Assembly: GCA_000002445.1 (NCBI GenBank)
Contig: CP000069.1
Coordinates: 1,184,001-1,248,000, forward strand
DNA: 64,000 nt
Source of the DNA: Trypanosoma brucei
Lineage: Eukaryota
Direction of reading: 5' to 3'
The notes under the pieces are model-generated. The model searched no databases. It was not told the origin of the DNA and saw only the letters and a program-made list of their open reading frames with translations. Of this stretch, positions 11,701 to 22,537 are shown in pieces. Position 1 is the first letter of the stretch; each line of letters starts with the position of its first letter. The translations under genes and the position numbers were made by a program.

Positions 11701-12437
11701 ATCTCAGTTCAGTGATACAACAATAGTGGAGCGATCTCCCTTTTGGTTTTTTTTTCACAATGGCAACATGTCCATATGGAACAGGTCGAAAACAGTTAAA
11801 TTTATTTTATTAACTGACATTCGGCATGTCTACTTTATGTGGTGCACTCCAAAAAAAGACCTCTTTGAGGAAAGTTCAACAACAAACTTATCATATGGCC
11901 CCCATATTAACCTCCTCTTCCCTCAGAAACGAACACCAAAAACATATTGCAAATGACGGTAACATAACCAAACGCAGAAACAAAAGGAAATAAATTATGG
12001 GAAATAATAGTAGGCAAGAACAGCCGTATGAGAAAGAGGAAGCAAGCAGAGCCAAAAGCGAATAATTCATGGGCCTCACACACACATACAGGTACCAATA
12101 TAGTTTACTTTCCTGTTTGTTTGGTGGTTACTTCTGGTTTGAAGAGTTAAAATACTCGCAGCCACAGGTAAAAGAGTGAAGATGGTCACTCAACCAACGT
12201 AAATGCTTGCAGCGTGTCGCACTACCGGAATGAAAGCGGGAACACATAAATAAAGAAGTACATGAGGCGATAAGACCTCACAGATCAGTGAGCGATCGAG
12301 ACGTACACCACACAACGTAAAAAGACAAAAACAAGTAAATAATATATATAGTAGCTAATATTTGTATGTCACGCCACAATCAACGGTGTGTTGATTCAAC
12401 TATTTGCATCTAAAGAAAGGGAGGAGGGGAAGAAACG

Positions 12438-13241
12438 CTACAGGACAAAGAATCCCCCAATTACTCCCGTGAGAAAGGCACAACGACGCATAACAGAACC
12501 TAATAAAGCGACCACTGCATTGCAGATGAAACCATCGGTTCCATCAGATGTCCAGAGACCAATAACATCATCAAACAAACTCCTCCACTCCACGGTTGCG
12601 TAACCCAATATGGATAGCAACTGCGTCATTGCCAACCCACTAAGCGTAAAGCGACATACCGCTCCTAGTCGGTGCCGCATGATACTGGCCGCAACACCGC
12701 CTGCTAATGTGCATAATAAAATGGGTTTCACACGATCATAACCCCCCTCGGGGCGATCGGGTTGTGAGGGTCGAACCCCCTCACCGTCGAATACTACAAG
12801 TTCACTAGACATACGCGGAGGGACATCTTCACACAAGTCGGCCTTATCATTTCCCTGCAGTGTCTCCGCCAAAGGCTCCTCATCATCAGTTTCGGACCCT
12901 TCAGATGACACTGACGGAGACCATGCTATTGCGCCATTCTCAGCTGATGAGCCAACCAAACTTGAAATGAACTGCCGCTTGATGTGACTCAAGGTTCCTG
13001 CTCCATTAAGTTCCAGCGACGGCTCCCGAGAGTTCTCCTGAGATGGCTGCAAAGGCTCATCTCCTCCAAGGCGAGACATGGCTGCGGCTATGCTATCTTT
13101 TCTATGGTCGCTTTTACGCAAAGCATGACGGGGAAACCAGCGCTTTAAAGAGTAAGGTACCAAACATACAAACAGAGTGTGAAAGGAGTACCTTGAAGAA
13201 AGAAACCCATCCGCAATGAGAAGAGCGCTACGACACAGCAT
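12438..13241 (-). CDS. hypothetical protein with C-terminal hydrophobic (probable transmembrane) segments
   Basis: 267 aa ORF, ATG verified 13239-13241, polypyrimidine tract plus AG upstream on minus strand (+ strand 13285-13320 a-rich); C-terminal helices VKPILLCTLAGGVAASIM, FICNAVVALLGSVM, FLTGVIGGFFVL; alternative start M55 at 13079. Confidence 0.45.
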   Translation of the reverse strand: MLCRSALLIADGFLSSRYSFHTLFVCLVPYSLKRWFPRHALRKSDHRKDSIAAAMSRLGGDEPLQPSQENSREPSLELNGAGTLSHIKRQFISSLVGSSAENGAIAWSPSVSSEGSETDDEEPLAETLQGNDKADLCEDVPPRMSSELVVFDGEGVRPSQPDRPEGGYDRVKPILLCTLAGGVAASIMRHRLGAVCRFTLSGLAMTQLLSILGYATVEWRSLFDDVIGLWTSDGTDGFICNAVVALLGSVMRRCAFLTGVIGGFFVL

Positions 13242-13349
13242 CCCCCGTACAGGAACACACGACTATAACACACCTATCATGCTTCGCAAACTGCCCAAAC
13301 CGCAAAATGATAATCAACTTTATTAAAAAAAAAAAGAAACTGGGCCCAA

Positions 13350-14438
13350 CTACTTCAAAAGGCAGTGCGACGAGGGACGAACCTCACCCGAGGATAATTC
13401 CCTAACAAACAACACAAACTCGCACAGGTTTAAGTCATAACAAACACCGTGGGCAACACAACCATCCTCAATTGGCTGCCCAACTTTCACCCCAAAGAGA
13501 CCTTCATTCAACCATGATGACACATCGAAGCGTCCGTCAACTGTTGGGTTTAGGTAGCGGGATGCGTCCTCAGCATCAAGAAGCGAGGAACTCGTCGTAG
13601 GTCCGTTGTATTCCAACTTCACCTCACCCACGGGAATGGCTGGGCAACCACTAAAGACTGGTGCTAAACAGGCAGCGGGGGCACCCAACGGATTCCAAAA
13701 CGGCACAGGGCACCCCAATGATTCCTCCGGTGCCACGCCCACAACCACCGCGGTGCCGTAGCGGCACAACATTTTGGTTCCGTGCTTGACATGGGGTCCA
13801 AAAAGCGTGCATGCCTCCTGTGATATGTCAAAGTAACGTTTCGAAGCGTGACTATTACCGCAGTGGTACGGAAATGAGAGCTCTAATCCCCCCTCGTTAA
13901 TACGGCTCCCCGTCGCCAAAAGCAACTCTGAACCACGAAGCGATGCAGCTCGGCGGCGCACCAACGAAAGTAACTTATCGAGAATGGAAGCCCCGCCACC
14001 CTCAGTTTCGAGCGCCTCCATCACACAAAGCAGAGACAGTTGCACACATTCGCTGAGCTGCATGTCGTCTGCATTGTTAACGGTGGCGCTGCCCCAGTCA
14101 TCACGAGAATTATCAATAAGGAAAAAAGACTTGTGACGATGCAACTCTTCGGTAGAAACGGGGAACGCACCGGGAAGACCCGGCACGTGCGCGAGTATCA
14201 TATTGTCGCCGTGTTCCTGACAAGACCCGATAAAAGACATTGGTACCTCAAAGGCATCGCATACTCGATACCGGCAGCGAAGAGCTGCGACCTCGCCATG
14301 TGATGTGGTGCATTTTTGCGCATTACTACCCACGGAGCCGAACAATATCTGCTGTGCCTTTCCAACTGCTCTTGTCTGTACTTCTGTAAAATGTGATACC
14401 TTTCCCAATGCCCGAAGAAGGGGAAACACAGTACTCAT
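13350..14438 (-). CDS. hypothetical protein (362 aa)
   Basis: Start trimmed to ATG 14436-14438 (MSTVFPLLRALGK) which is preceded on the minus strand by a strong polypyrimidine tract; the track N-terminal 75 codons are K-rich/low-complexity; no family recognised. Confidence 0.5.
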   Translation of the reverse strand: MSTVFPLLRALGKVSHFTEVQTRAVGKAQQILFGSVGSNAQKCTTSHGEVAALRCRYRVCDAFEVPMSFIGSCQEHGDNMILAHVPGLPGAFPVSTEELHRHKSFFLIDNSRDDWGSATVNNADDMQLSECVQLSLLCVMEALETEGGGASILDKLLSLVRRRAASLRGSELLLATGSRINEGGLELSFPYHCGNSHASKRYFDISQEACTLFGPHVKHGTKMLCRYGTAVVVGVAPEESLGCPVPFWNPLGAPAACLAPVFSGCPAIPVGEVKLEYNGPTTSSSLLDAEDASRYLNPTVDGRFDVSSWLNEGLFGVKVGQPIEDGCVAHGVCYDLNLCEFVLFVRELSSGEVRPSSHCLLK

Positions 14439-14945
14439 CTCCCGATACAAGAGAGTAGAAAGGTGAAAAAGGGATATCGACACTGACAAAGGAGAGAATG
14501 ACACTGCAACATTGCTGCAACACAAAACGAAAAATAAAACTAAAAACAACAGCCGTTCCGCTCTTTGATTCCACCGCACCACCAAACTCGGGGTTTTTGA
14601 GTACCTCTTAACAACCCATGACTTCTTCGCTTCTTTTTCCTTGCTTCTTCCTTTTTTTTCCATTCACTGGCATCCCCTCTCACCGTCGTTCGTTTTCGCA
14701 CACTTTACGCATGCAACGACAGTGCGCGTATACAAAACTCGAAGCACGTCATAAGCATTCATAGACGTAAGCGTGAGTTTGTGGCTACACATAACCCTCA
14801 GGATTTAGAAGAAAAAAATCAGAAATTGTTAAAAACTGGCTCAGCAAAACAAATATGCACAGTTGGATCACATTAATCACCATGTAAATGCAAGGAAAGA
14901 GAAGCAGGAGTGAAGCGAAAGAAATTATGACAATAACAACAATAA

Positions 14946-14963
14946 AGAGAGAGAGAGAGAGAT
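14946..14963. repeat. (GA)9 microsatellite
   Basis: Direct reading. Confidence 0.8.
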
Positions 14964-15359
14964 CTGCATTGTACCAGGAGTGGTGAGAAACGCTACCGCC
15001 GAGTAAACTGAAAGGGGGAGACAAGAGAGAAGAAAAAAAGAATTCCCGCAAAGCTACCGCCAGTACTTCTCCCTCCCCCACCCCCCGAATCGAAACCAGA
15101 CGAAGTCAAAAGGCGAAATCGGAGTAATGCGACGAGAGCATAAAAATATATACACTTCCTTAATTTCGTATTTTAATGTGCAGGAAGTAGAAAGGACGGA
15201 ATCCTGCAGAATCATACCCGTACCGCCCCATTAGCTGCTTGTGTGTATTTTGCACGCAACGGATAACCTCCCAATGGGGTTAAGGTGAAATGCAAGAGAA
15301 AACAATAATAATAATATAGTATTCCATCGACATGTACTTCTCTCGATCACCCAGATTGA

Positions 15360-16553
15360 TCACGGCTCTCCTTCAGCATCATTTTCCCATGGCAAAGCGG
15401 CCTCAAAGACGGCGTCATCAGAGTTTTGCCTCTGAGCCAACACATGTGCATCACACGGAGCTAAATCTCCATCCACTGTTGCCCTCCTCACTATTTCAGA
15501 GGAATCACCTTTTGGTAACAACGTATACGATTCGATGACTGTCCCAAGTTCCTTATTCATATTTACTAACCGGGCAAAGAGAGATCCCTTCTCACAACAC
15601 AACTCACTATTCAGTAGCTTCTCAGGTTGGGCCATTGCCACTCCAATAAGTCGGCTCAGTTTGGTTTTGTGGTACTTGCAGCTCTCTAGTACCGAATCCC
15701 CCAAATCCGTCACCTCCCCCTTTTGTACGAGACTGATAAGAAGATGAAGGTTTGCGGATGCCAAGTCCACCTCAGCCAGCGCCGCCGAGCATCGCTCCTT
15801 CACCCATGCCGCTAACTCGTACCGCTCGGTCAGTTCATGTCGTAATTTCTGCCAGTTCATATCGTCGTTTTTGGAAACAGTGTCTGTATTATCCGCATCT
15901 ACGTCACCTGCAACATTTGGTTTCGTGGCCACAGCCTCCATGACGTCAAGAAGCTGGAGCGCACTACAGCACATTTGATAAAGTTGAAATCGCCACGAGA
16001 TGTTTACCCAATACTGCTCATCAGAGATGTAACGAGGGACCAGAGACGAGCGGAACTCGTGTACAACTTTAGACGACAGCACCCATCGTACCAATTCTTG
16101 AGATGGCCAACAGAAACCGGCTTGCGGAGGAATGGGAAGGTCCTTCACTGAATTGACTCCCAGTAACGCACACAACCTTTCGGTAACTGCTTCATTCTCA
16201 AGAATGGCACTGGGAGAGATGAGGCAGGAGCTAACACATTGCAGCGAAAACATCGTCAGACGGCTCCACTCTTCTGCCGCTTCTTCCCAATCAGTTGGAG
16301 GATTTGCGACAAGTTCTTTTGGGATGACTGACTTCACCGAGTCTCCCTCGCTTGTTGCAGTTTTCGCTTCATTTTTCTCGTTGGAAACTACGGAATCCGG
16401 AAGTGCAAACAACCCTGACAATCTTTCACATTTCTCCTCAATGTCAATGCACTGTGCTTTCTTTACAAACTCGAGTCCGTCATATGTAAGTTTCTTGGCC
16501 TGGTCTGTGGTGCTTTGTAAAAATGATGTGAACGATGCGAACGTCTGATGCAT
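15360..16553 (-). CDS. BSD-domain-like protein (397 aa)
   Basis: Segment PRYISDEQYWVNISWRFQLY resembles the BSD-domain FW...N.F/Y.R core; start trimmed to ATG 16551-16553 (MHQTFASF) with polypyrimidine tract plus AG immediately upstream on minus strand. Confidence 0.5.
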   Translation of the reverse strand: MHQTFASFTSFLQSTTDQAKKLTYDGLEFVKKAQCIDIEEKCERLSGLFALPDSVVSNEKNEAKTATSEGDSVKSVIPKELVANPPTDWEEAAEEWSRLTMFSLQCVSSCLISPSAILENEAVTERLCALLGVNSVKDLPIPPQAGFCWPSQELVRWVLSSKVVHEFRSSLVPRYISDEQYWVNISWRFQLYQMCCSALQLLDVMEAVATKPNVAGDVDADNTDTVSKNDDMNWQKLRHELTERYELAAWVKERCSAALAEVDLASANLHLLISLVQKGEVTDLGDSVLESCKYHKTKLSRLIGVAMAQPEKLLNSELCCEKGSLFARLVNMNKELGTVIESYTLLPKGDSSEIVRRATVDGDLAPCDAHVLAQRQNSDDAVFEAALPWENDAEGEP

Positions 16554-17472
16554 CACGACTTGTAGCAACAGCAAAAAAACTATTCTTCGCTCTTTGAACA
16601 CAAAACAACGTGCGCACAGAGTAATCATATACACATATGCATACATTGCATATGTGCACATGTGCGCGCATAAGCATTTTAAAAAAATCAAGAAGACAAG
16701 GAAAAGGGAATAACGAAGAGAGAAATATCACGAAGAGGTAAAATCAGAAAGAAAAAATATATATCCAACAACCTGAGCAGTTGCCACCATCATTGACTCG
16801 CTACAACTAGAAACAACAAGTATTCCTCAAGGTGTCGGCGCACACGCACCAGAAGGGTTTGGATCGCAAGGAAACATGGCCAAAAAGAAGAAAAAAAGAA
16901 AGAGCACGAAAATATGGCAGCATCCGCCCTGACGGGGATTATCCGCGTTCTTGAATAATACCTAATTACATATGTTCAACCGAATTGCGCTCACTATGGA
17001 GTTGCTTACACTTCCCATTGATTACCGGGTTGAGCCACCTTCAAACTCCTCCCCTCTCACCATCACTCCGCAAGGTGAACATAAAATAAAACAGTTTCAC
17101 GGAGTCCCAACAATAACACGTCGCATATTTTTTTTTTAAAAGGGCAAAAAAGGGAAGGAACGTGGGTGTTACAAACTACGGGACAAATCCTCAAACGCAA
17201 CTTTTGAACCTGGACAACAAGAAATCCATAGGAGGAGCACGGGTACAAGACAATCACACACTCCTCACACAACACAGAGGAGAAAAAAGCTGCACAAGGA
17301 ATAGAACCCAAACGCTGAAGTGTTACACAAGCCGTGCACCCCAGAAGGAAAAAGTTAGTAAACCTGAAACAGTAACATCAATGGCTCTAAAACGCACTCC
17401 CAAGAAGATCTTGGGAGCACGAAGAGAAATTTTTTAAAAAGAAAATAAGAAAGAGGTGTTCTCTATAGTCTT

Positions 17473-17922
17473 TTAGGCCAAGTACCGAGCACCAAAGTAG
17501 AAACCTGTCACGAACCCCCCGATGTCACCGACTCCCTGCCCGACGTAGAGGATAAAACGCTGCATGAGGGCTTTAAGGTCCAATTGGTTCAATTTGTTGT
17601 CACCGTTCTGATCCAAAACTTTTCCAGCATCGATCTCCACCTTCTTCCAGTTTATTTGAATATAACCAAAGAAGTTAAGAAACTGTAGCACAATGAAAGC
17701 GAGGCCGGTACCATATAACGCATCGGAGGTGAGACGTCTAGACGTGACGCCCACGGCAGCGCCCAAAATACTGCTCACACCAATCTCTTGTGTAACCTTC
17801 GGCCAGAAGGAAAGCATTCGGGAGACAAATGCCTCTCGGTTGTCATCATTTTTGGTAGAGCTGCTTTCTCCCTGATTTTTCTTCCCAGCAGAAGTTTTCG
17901 TATTGACACGCGGCGCACTCAT
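17473..17922 (-). CDS. small membrane protein with EF-hand-like loop (149 aa)
   Basis: Gly-zipper hydrophobic segments GVSSILGAAVGV, LAFIVLQFLNFFGY, GVGDIGGFVTGFYFG; loop DQNGDNKLNQLD fits a 12-residue EF-hand Ca-binding pattern; start trimmed to ATG 17920-17922 because the upstream track codons translate a purine run (KDKEKKRTKHQKRRR). Confidence 0.4.
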   Translation of the reverse strand: MSAPRVNTKTSAGKKNQGESSSTKNDDNREAFVSRMLSFWPKVTQEIGVSSILGAAVGVTSRRLTSDALYGTGLAFIVLQFLNFFGYIQINWKKVEIDAGKVLDQNGDNKLNQLDLKALMQRFILYVGQGVGDIGGFVTGFYFGARYLA

Positions 17923-18608
17923 TGTTAGTACCTCCCTTCTTCTTTTTTGATGCTTTGTTCTTTTTTTTTCTTTGTCCTTCACTACTGTTCTCTCACCGCA
18001 AGTGCTGGGCTCTATAAACGAAGAGTAAATAGCGGCAACAGCAACGATGATAAAGAATAATGAATATGTGAACCAACTGGAAACTCTTTCGTATTATATG
18101 AGAGACGACTTTTTAAAAAAAGATATGGACACTGAAACGGAAGAAAAAAACAACATGTGAGACAAAGGTGTAAGAGGCTACTGTGACGAACAGGACTACA
18201 TCACGTAGCAAAAAAAAAAGGAAGCAGGCATAGTGATCCGCGTTCCACCGTTTGTAGTGTGGTGCGTGACTAAGAACCTGAACATTGGCTCCTCCCACCA
18301 CTGCAGGAAAGTAAGTAATTCAACTCCAGCCCAACCTGGCCAATTAACCAAACAAGTAAGCATAACGCGCACACGCACCGTGAGGGGGGAAATAATAATA
18401 TTATCATCGTTAGACAAATAGGCAAAGGGAAAGGCCGAACTGCCGCATCCAGCGATAGTAATGGCTTTCCAAACCGCAACAGCGGCATGACAAATTCAAA
18501 ACACATACAAACGGTAACTGTTAACGCGAACAAAGACAAATATTATGGTAGACAACGGTAAGTAAGCTTCGGTAAGCAGGTGGAAAAAATACTGAACGGC
18601 GGCAGCCG

Positions 18609-20264
18609 TTATGACAAGTGGGGCTGAAGATGCCTGAGTGTGATGGCTCTTGCCACTGCGCTAACATTTTGAATGGAACTACGCACGATCAGCTGATCTT
18701 GAGCTGTACGGTTGGCCCTTGGAATGCGGTGCAGTTGATATAAAGAGAGTTGCCAATTCCCCGACAACGCCGCCGCCCACAACCCCAAACGATGGGTGTG
18801 GTTGTCCTTTGGGGCGCCACGGGGCTCCATTTGTTCCAACAAACACATACTTTCCAACCAGCGCCCCGAACCTACACAAGCCTTCAAAACCAAACGGTGT
18901 GCTAATGGTGGTAAAATAAGTCTCGGCTCCTCCTCGCGGGCTTTAAAGAAAACAAACAAGGCCTCTTCCCAGCGCTGGGCCGAGACGCAGGCCTGCAGAG
19001 TTGCACACACTAAAAGGGGATGGGGCATAGATGTCGAGTCGTTAAGGTACTCCCCCAGAACTCGAATGGAACATTGCCAAGCCGCGCCATCGGCGCACGC
19101 AGACAATAATGCGAGACGTGTACGGGATGGCATGCCTTCATGTTTCTCCAAGAGGACGCCACCAATATTTACTGCTGCCTCCCACTGCCCAGACTGTTGG
19201 CACATCTCCAACAACTCCCCCATTCCTGTTGTCATGGAGGACTCGCCAGCCTTCTTCATCCAGGACAGCGCGACGAGTGCCTTCTCCCACTGCTTCACTG
19301 CGTGAAATGAGCGAATAAGTGTCTGATAGGAATCGCCTTCAATACTGCTTAAAAAGCCTTCTCTGACGGCAGTGTCATATACCTTGATTGCTGTAAGCCA
19401 CACATTTGCCTCTTCGCACTGTCCTAACAAAAGGCTCACTATGGACTTATCTGGCTTCACGCCAGAGCCAATTGCAAGGTGAAGAATAGAGAGGGACGAC
19501 CGCCAACTCGGCGACACTGTGATTATGTCCCTAAAGAAATTTTCATCTGAAGGGCAGAAGTCTGCGGCCTCTCGCGTCTTCTCGATAGCCCCTAACATGT
19601 AGAAAGCTGTCTGCCATTGTTTCAACCTCACCGTGCGATATACGAGGTCGCCTACAAATCTAGGGTCAACCAAAGAACCCTGCGCAATACCATCAAAAAA
19701 CATCCTTACAGCCTTCCTCCAGCACCCGCTAGCAGCAAGGTACGGAATCAAAACTCCCAAGGAGTACCGCTCACCCATACCACAGTGTCGCTCCATCGCC
19801 TCCGCCACATCGAGTGCCGAGGTCCAACTTCCATGGCGCTCAGCCAACACACGAGTTGCGTGCGGAACGTCAAGCGCCCAACCCCGTGTCTCGCAGAACC
19901 GAAGCACCGCAGCGCAATTGTTCGGTTGAAGGAGTGAAGACAAGAACGATGGTGATGGTAAATTTGGTAGTAGCCGTGCAAAGTCAAGTGCGCTACACCA
20001 ATCACCAAGCCGTTGAGAGACGTGGCATAGCACCGCAACGGACGGAGAACGCACGTGCGATCTGTCAGCTGCGAGACTCGCCTTGCCTAATGCTACGACA
20101 TCGCTAAGAAGAGCTGATCGCCCTACGCTGAACCCAGTCGGTTGTGCATCCTCCACTGTCTCACTGAAGATGCGACGAAGTATGCGACAACAGGCATTAA
20201 TATTCCCCCCAGTAACCTCTGACTCAAGCAATTTCGCAAGCGCCCCCTTTGCCATATACTTCAT
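18609..20264 (-). CDS. pentatricopeptide-repeat (PPR)-like helical-repeat protein, probably mitochondrial
   Basis: Repeated ~35-aa helical units with W-x2-A/L-x3-F/M pattern (QWEKALVALSWMKKAG, QWEAAVNIGGVLLEK, RWEEALFVFFKARE, RWLESMCLLEQME); start trimmed to ATG 20262-20264 (MKYMAKGAL) with polypyrimidine tract upstream. Confidence 0.5.
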   Translation of the reverse strand: MKYMAKGALAKLLESEVTGGNINACCRILRRIFSETVEDAQPTGFSVGRSALLSDVVALGKASLAADRSHVRSPSVAVLCHVSQRLGDWCSALDFARLLPNLPSPSFLSSLLQPNNCAAVLRFCETRGWALDVPHATRVLAERHGSWTSALDVAEAMERHCGMGERYSLGVLIPYLAASGCWRKAVRMFFDGIAQGSLVDPRFVGDLVYRTVRLKQWQTAFYMLGAIEKTREAADFCPSDENFFRDIITVSPSWRSSLSILHLAIGSGVKPDKSIVSLLLGQCEEANVWLTAIKVYDTAVREGFLSSIEGDSYQTLIRSFHAVKQWEKALVALSWMKKAGESSMTTGMGELLEMCQQSGQWEAAVNIGGVLLEKHEGMPSRTRLALLSACADGAAWQCSIRVLGEYLNDSTSMPHPLLVCATLQACVSAQRWEEALFVFFKAREEEPRLILPPLAHRLVLKACVGSGRWLESMCLLEQMEPRGAPKDNHTHRLGLWAAALSGNWQLSLYQLHRIPRANRTAQDQLIVRSSIQNVSAVARAITLRHLQPHLS

Positions 20265-20600
20265 GAGCAAAAGGCGGGTAACCGCACGTGAGCATGCGGT
20301 GATGGATGAGAAAGGAAAAGGGCGGGTAAAAAGGAACAGCTGAACAGTAATAATAAACCTCGAGATGTGCAGAAGGGGGCGAGCGGGAGTGATATGGGAA
20401 TTCCTCTTCTCGCTTAGCAATTATTAGTCAGGAGAAGCTCTGGCCCCTTAGCTACCACGTGGCGAGCAGCTAAAATGCAAAATGTTCCTAACCCTGCAGA
20501 GAGCGTAATGGTAGCGGAAAAAATCACGCGGAAGAACGACCTTGCAAACAACCCCCAAGACACTATACGTAGCCGACTACATGGACACGCGTTCCTATTG

Positions 20601-21935
20601 TCATGCTGCAACCGTTTCTCTCACGGTATCCTCCCCTTCTCCATCTTGTAAAGGTGCATCCACCTGCAGATCTTCAGCTTTTAGTTGCGGCACAACCTGT
20701 TTAAAGTTGTCATCCACACGCTTCAGAACGCTGTCTATGTTCGTTTCGTACATATCACCCACCTCATCCACGAACCGGCGTACCTTAAGGAGCAATGAAT
20801 CCTGAAGAAGGTTCTCCTCTTCTGAAAGACCAAGATGCATCCAGAAGGCATCCGTTAGGACGCCCGCTGCTAAATCCTCCGCAGCCCGGGATCCCATTAG
20901 GGGAAACAGGCGCATCAGGGGAACTGCCGCATCAGTCCGCCAAAGCTGTCGTGCAGTTTCCGGTGATGTATATACGTACTGCGCTCGGAACTTGATAGCC
21001 GGAAACTGAATTTGCTGATCACAAACGGCGACGGCAACCTCCTGCGGCATCGTGGTTGTTGTGAATGAGGCATCCAATCCACTGTGGCGGGCCCAGTATG
21101 TTGAGACACCGCTAAGAAAGGAGGGTGTTGTTGCAAACCGACGATACACGTGTCCCCAAAGGGCTCGCTTAAAGTAATTCTCCACCTTAACGTTATTGAT
21201 ACGTTCACCGTAGAAGCGAAAATACGCTGTCACATCGAAAGGTCGTAACTTCTCAACGCAACCGACTCTGGTGTAGTCCGGGGGTATCATGCGGTTTAAA
21301 AGCTTTACATCCTTTTTATCCAGGGCAGCCCTTGCGTCTGAGCCCAGAAGCAGTTGGGTGAAGTGTCCCAGTTTGGACTCGATAACTTCACGGGGAAGGT
21401 ACGCCCGGGCCTTCATCTCGGCGTCCTCGACAGCACCAGCATCTTCTTCCACTAACCTCATCATGCAAGCATAGTCGTACACCTCAAGTCGGGCGACAGG
21501 ATCGAGCTCACGCCGACCAGGAACGGATGCCGCTCTCTTCGCTGCACCCAGTTGCCTAATTTCAAGTTGGAGGCGGTCGGCAATGGTCGTATTGCAGCCG
21601 GCGAGGCACTGCAGGAGCGACGGTTCTGCCATCCTGGGGGCCTTCCCCGAGTCCAACAGCGTCATCTGCCTCTCAATTAGTTCATCAAACAGCTGCCGCC
21701 TTACGTAATATATATGTGAGTACCGGAGCAATAGCTCCGCATCACATGAAGCCAAGTCAATTTCGATAAATTCATTTGCCTGTTCCTTCACGCGTTTCCG
21801 GCTGCTGTACCACGCAAACACGGGCTGCAATTGTCGAAGGCAACGCTCTTCGACAGCGAGTGTTGGAAGAGTTCCTAGAAACACACGGAACGGTACCGCT
21901 GCCAGCTCCCCACAAAGTCCAGGGCATATCGGCAT
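20601..21935 (-). CDS. hypothetical protein (444 aa)
   Basis: Long conserved-looking ORF; start trimmed to ATG 21933-21935 (MPICPGLCGEL) because the track N-terminus is hydrophobic low-complexity from a T-rich tract; no family recognised. Confidence 0.5.
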   Translation of the reverse strand: MPICPGLCGELAAVPFRVFLGTLPTLAVEERCLRQLQPVFAWYSSRKRVKEQANEFIEIDLASCDAELLLRYSHIYYVRRQLFDELIERQMTLLDSGKAPRMAEPSLLQCLAGCNTTIADRLQLEIRQLGAAKRAASVPGRRELDPVARLEVYDYACMMRLVEEDAGAVEDAEMKARAYLPREVIESKLGHFTQLLLGSDARAALDKKDVKLLNRMIPPDYTRVGCVEKLRPFDVTAYFRFYGERINNVKVENYFKRALWGHVYRRFATTPSFLSGVSTYWARHSGLDASFTTTTMPQEVAVAVCDQQIQFPAIKFRAQYVYTSPETARQLWRTDAAVPLMRLFPLMGSRAAEDLAAGVLTDAFWMHLGLSEEENLLQDSLLLKVRRFVDEVGDMYETNIDSVLKRVDDNFKQVVPQLKAEDLQVDAPLQDGEGEDTVRETVAA

Positions 21936-22537
21936 TTCCCCCTCCTTTAGTGGGCCTCTCTGTGTTTGGGCACAGTGGTAAAGGAGGAAAAGTACTAACT
22001 GTGCATTTAAAGTAAGTTCAGTTACCCACAATAACGAATAGCGAAGACAAACACAAAAACAAAACAGGGAGAAAGTAAAAAGGTAGTAATTGGCAATTTG
22101 AATGAAAGGAAAATGGAGATCTGAATTGTTGGAAAAGAAAGTAGTGGGGGCATGATCGCATAGGAACGAAAACAAAAGCACCGGAAGCTGAGGAAAATGG
22201 ACCAGAGACAAAAACAAAAAAAGATGGGGGGCCTTTCTCTTCAGGCACATCACATTCTCTCATGTCATCCAATAATCTTGTGAACATAAAGCCGAATCAA
22301 AAAGGGGGTAGATGAATGACAAAAAAAAAACGTTAACAACATGGCGGAGACAAGGTTCATACCTAATTCCTTCCCCGTTATACCAACAACATCATTAAAA
22401 TATTCACCAACTTGCACTTTTCCCATTAAACAAAAGAAAATGGTTCCTTTTCATTTCACTGTTACTGCAGGCACAAAGAAAAAAAAGAAAAGGGCTAAGA
22501 TTGGAGCCATAAACAAACGTACACACATACAACCTCT

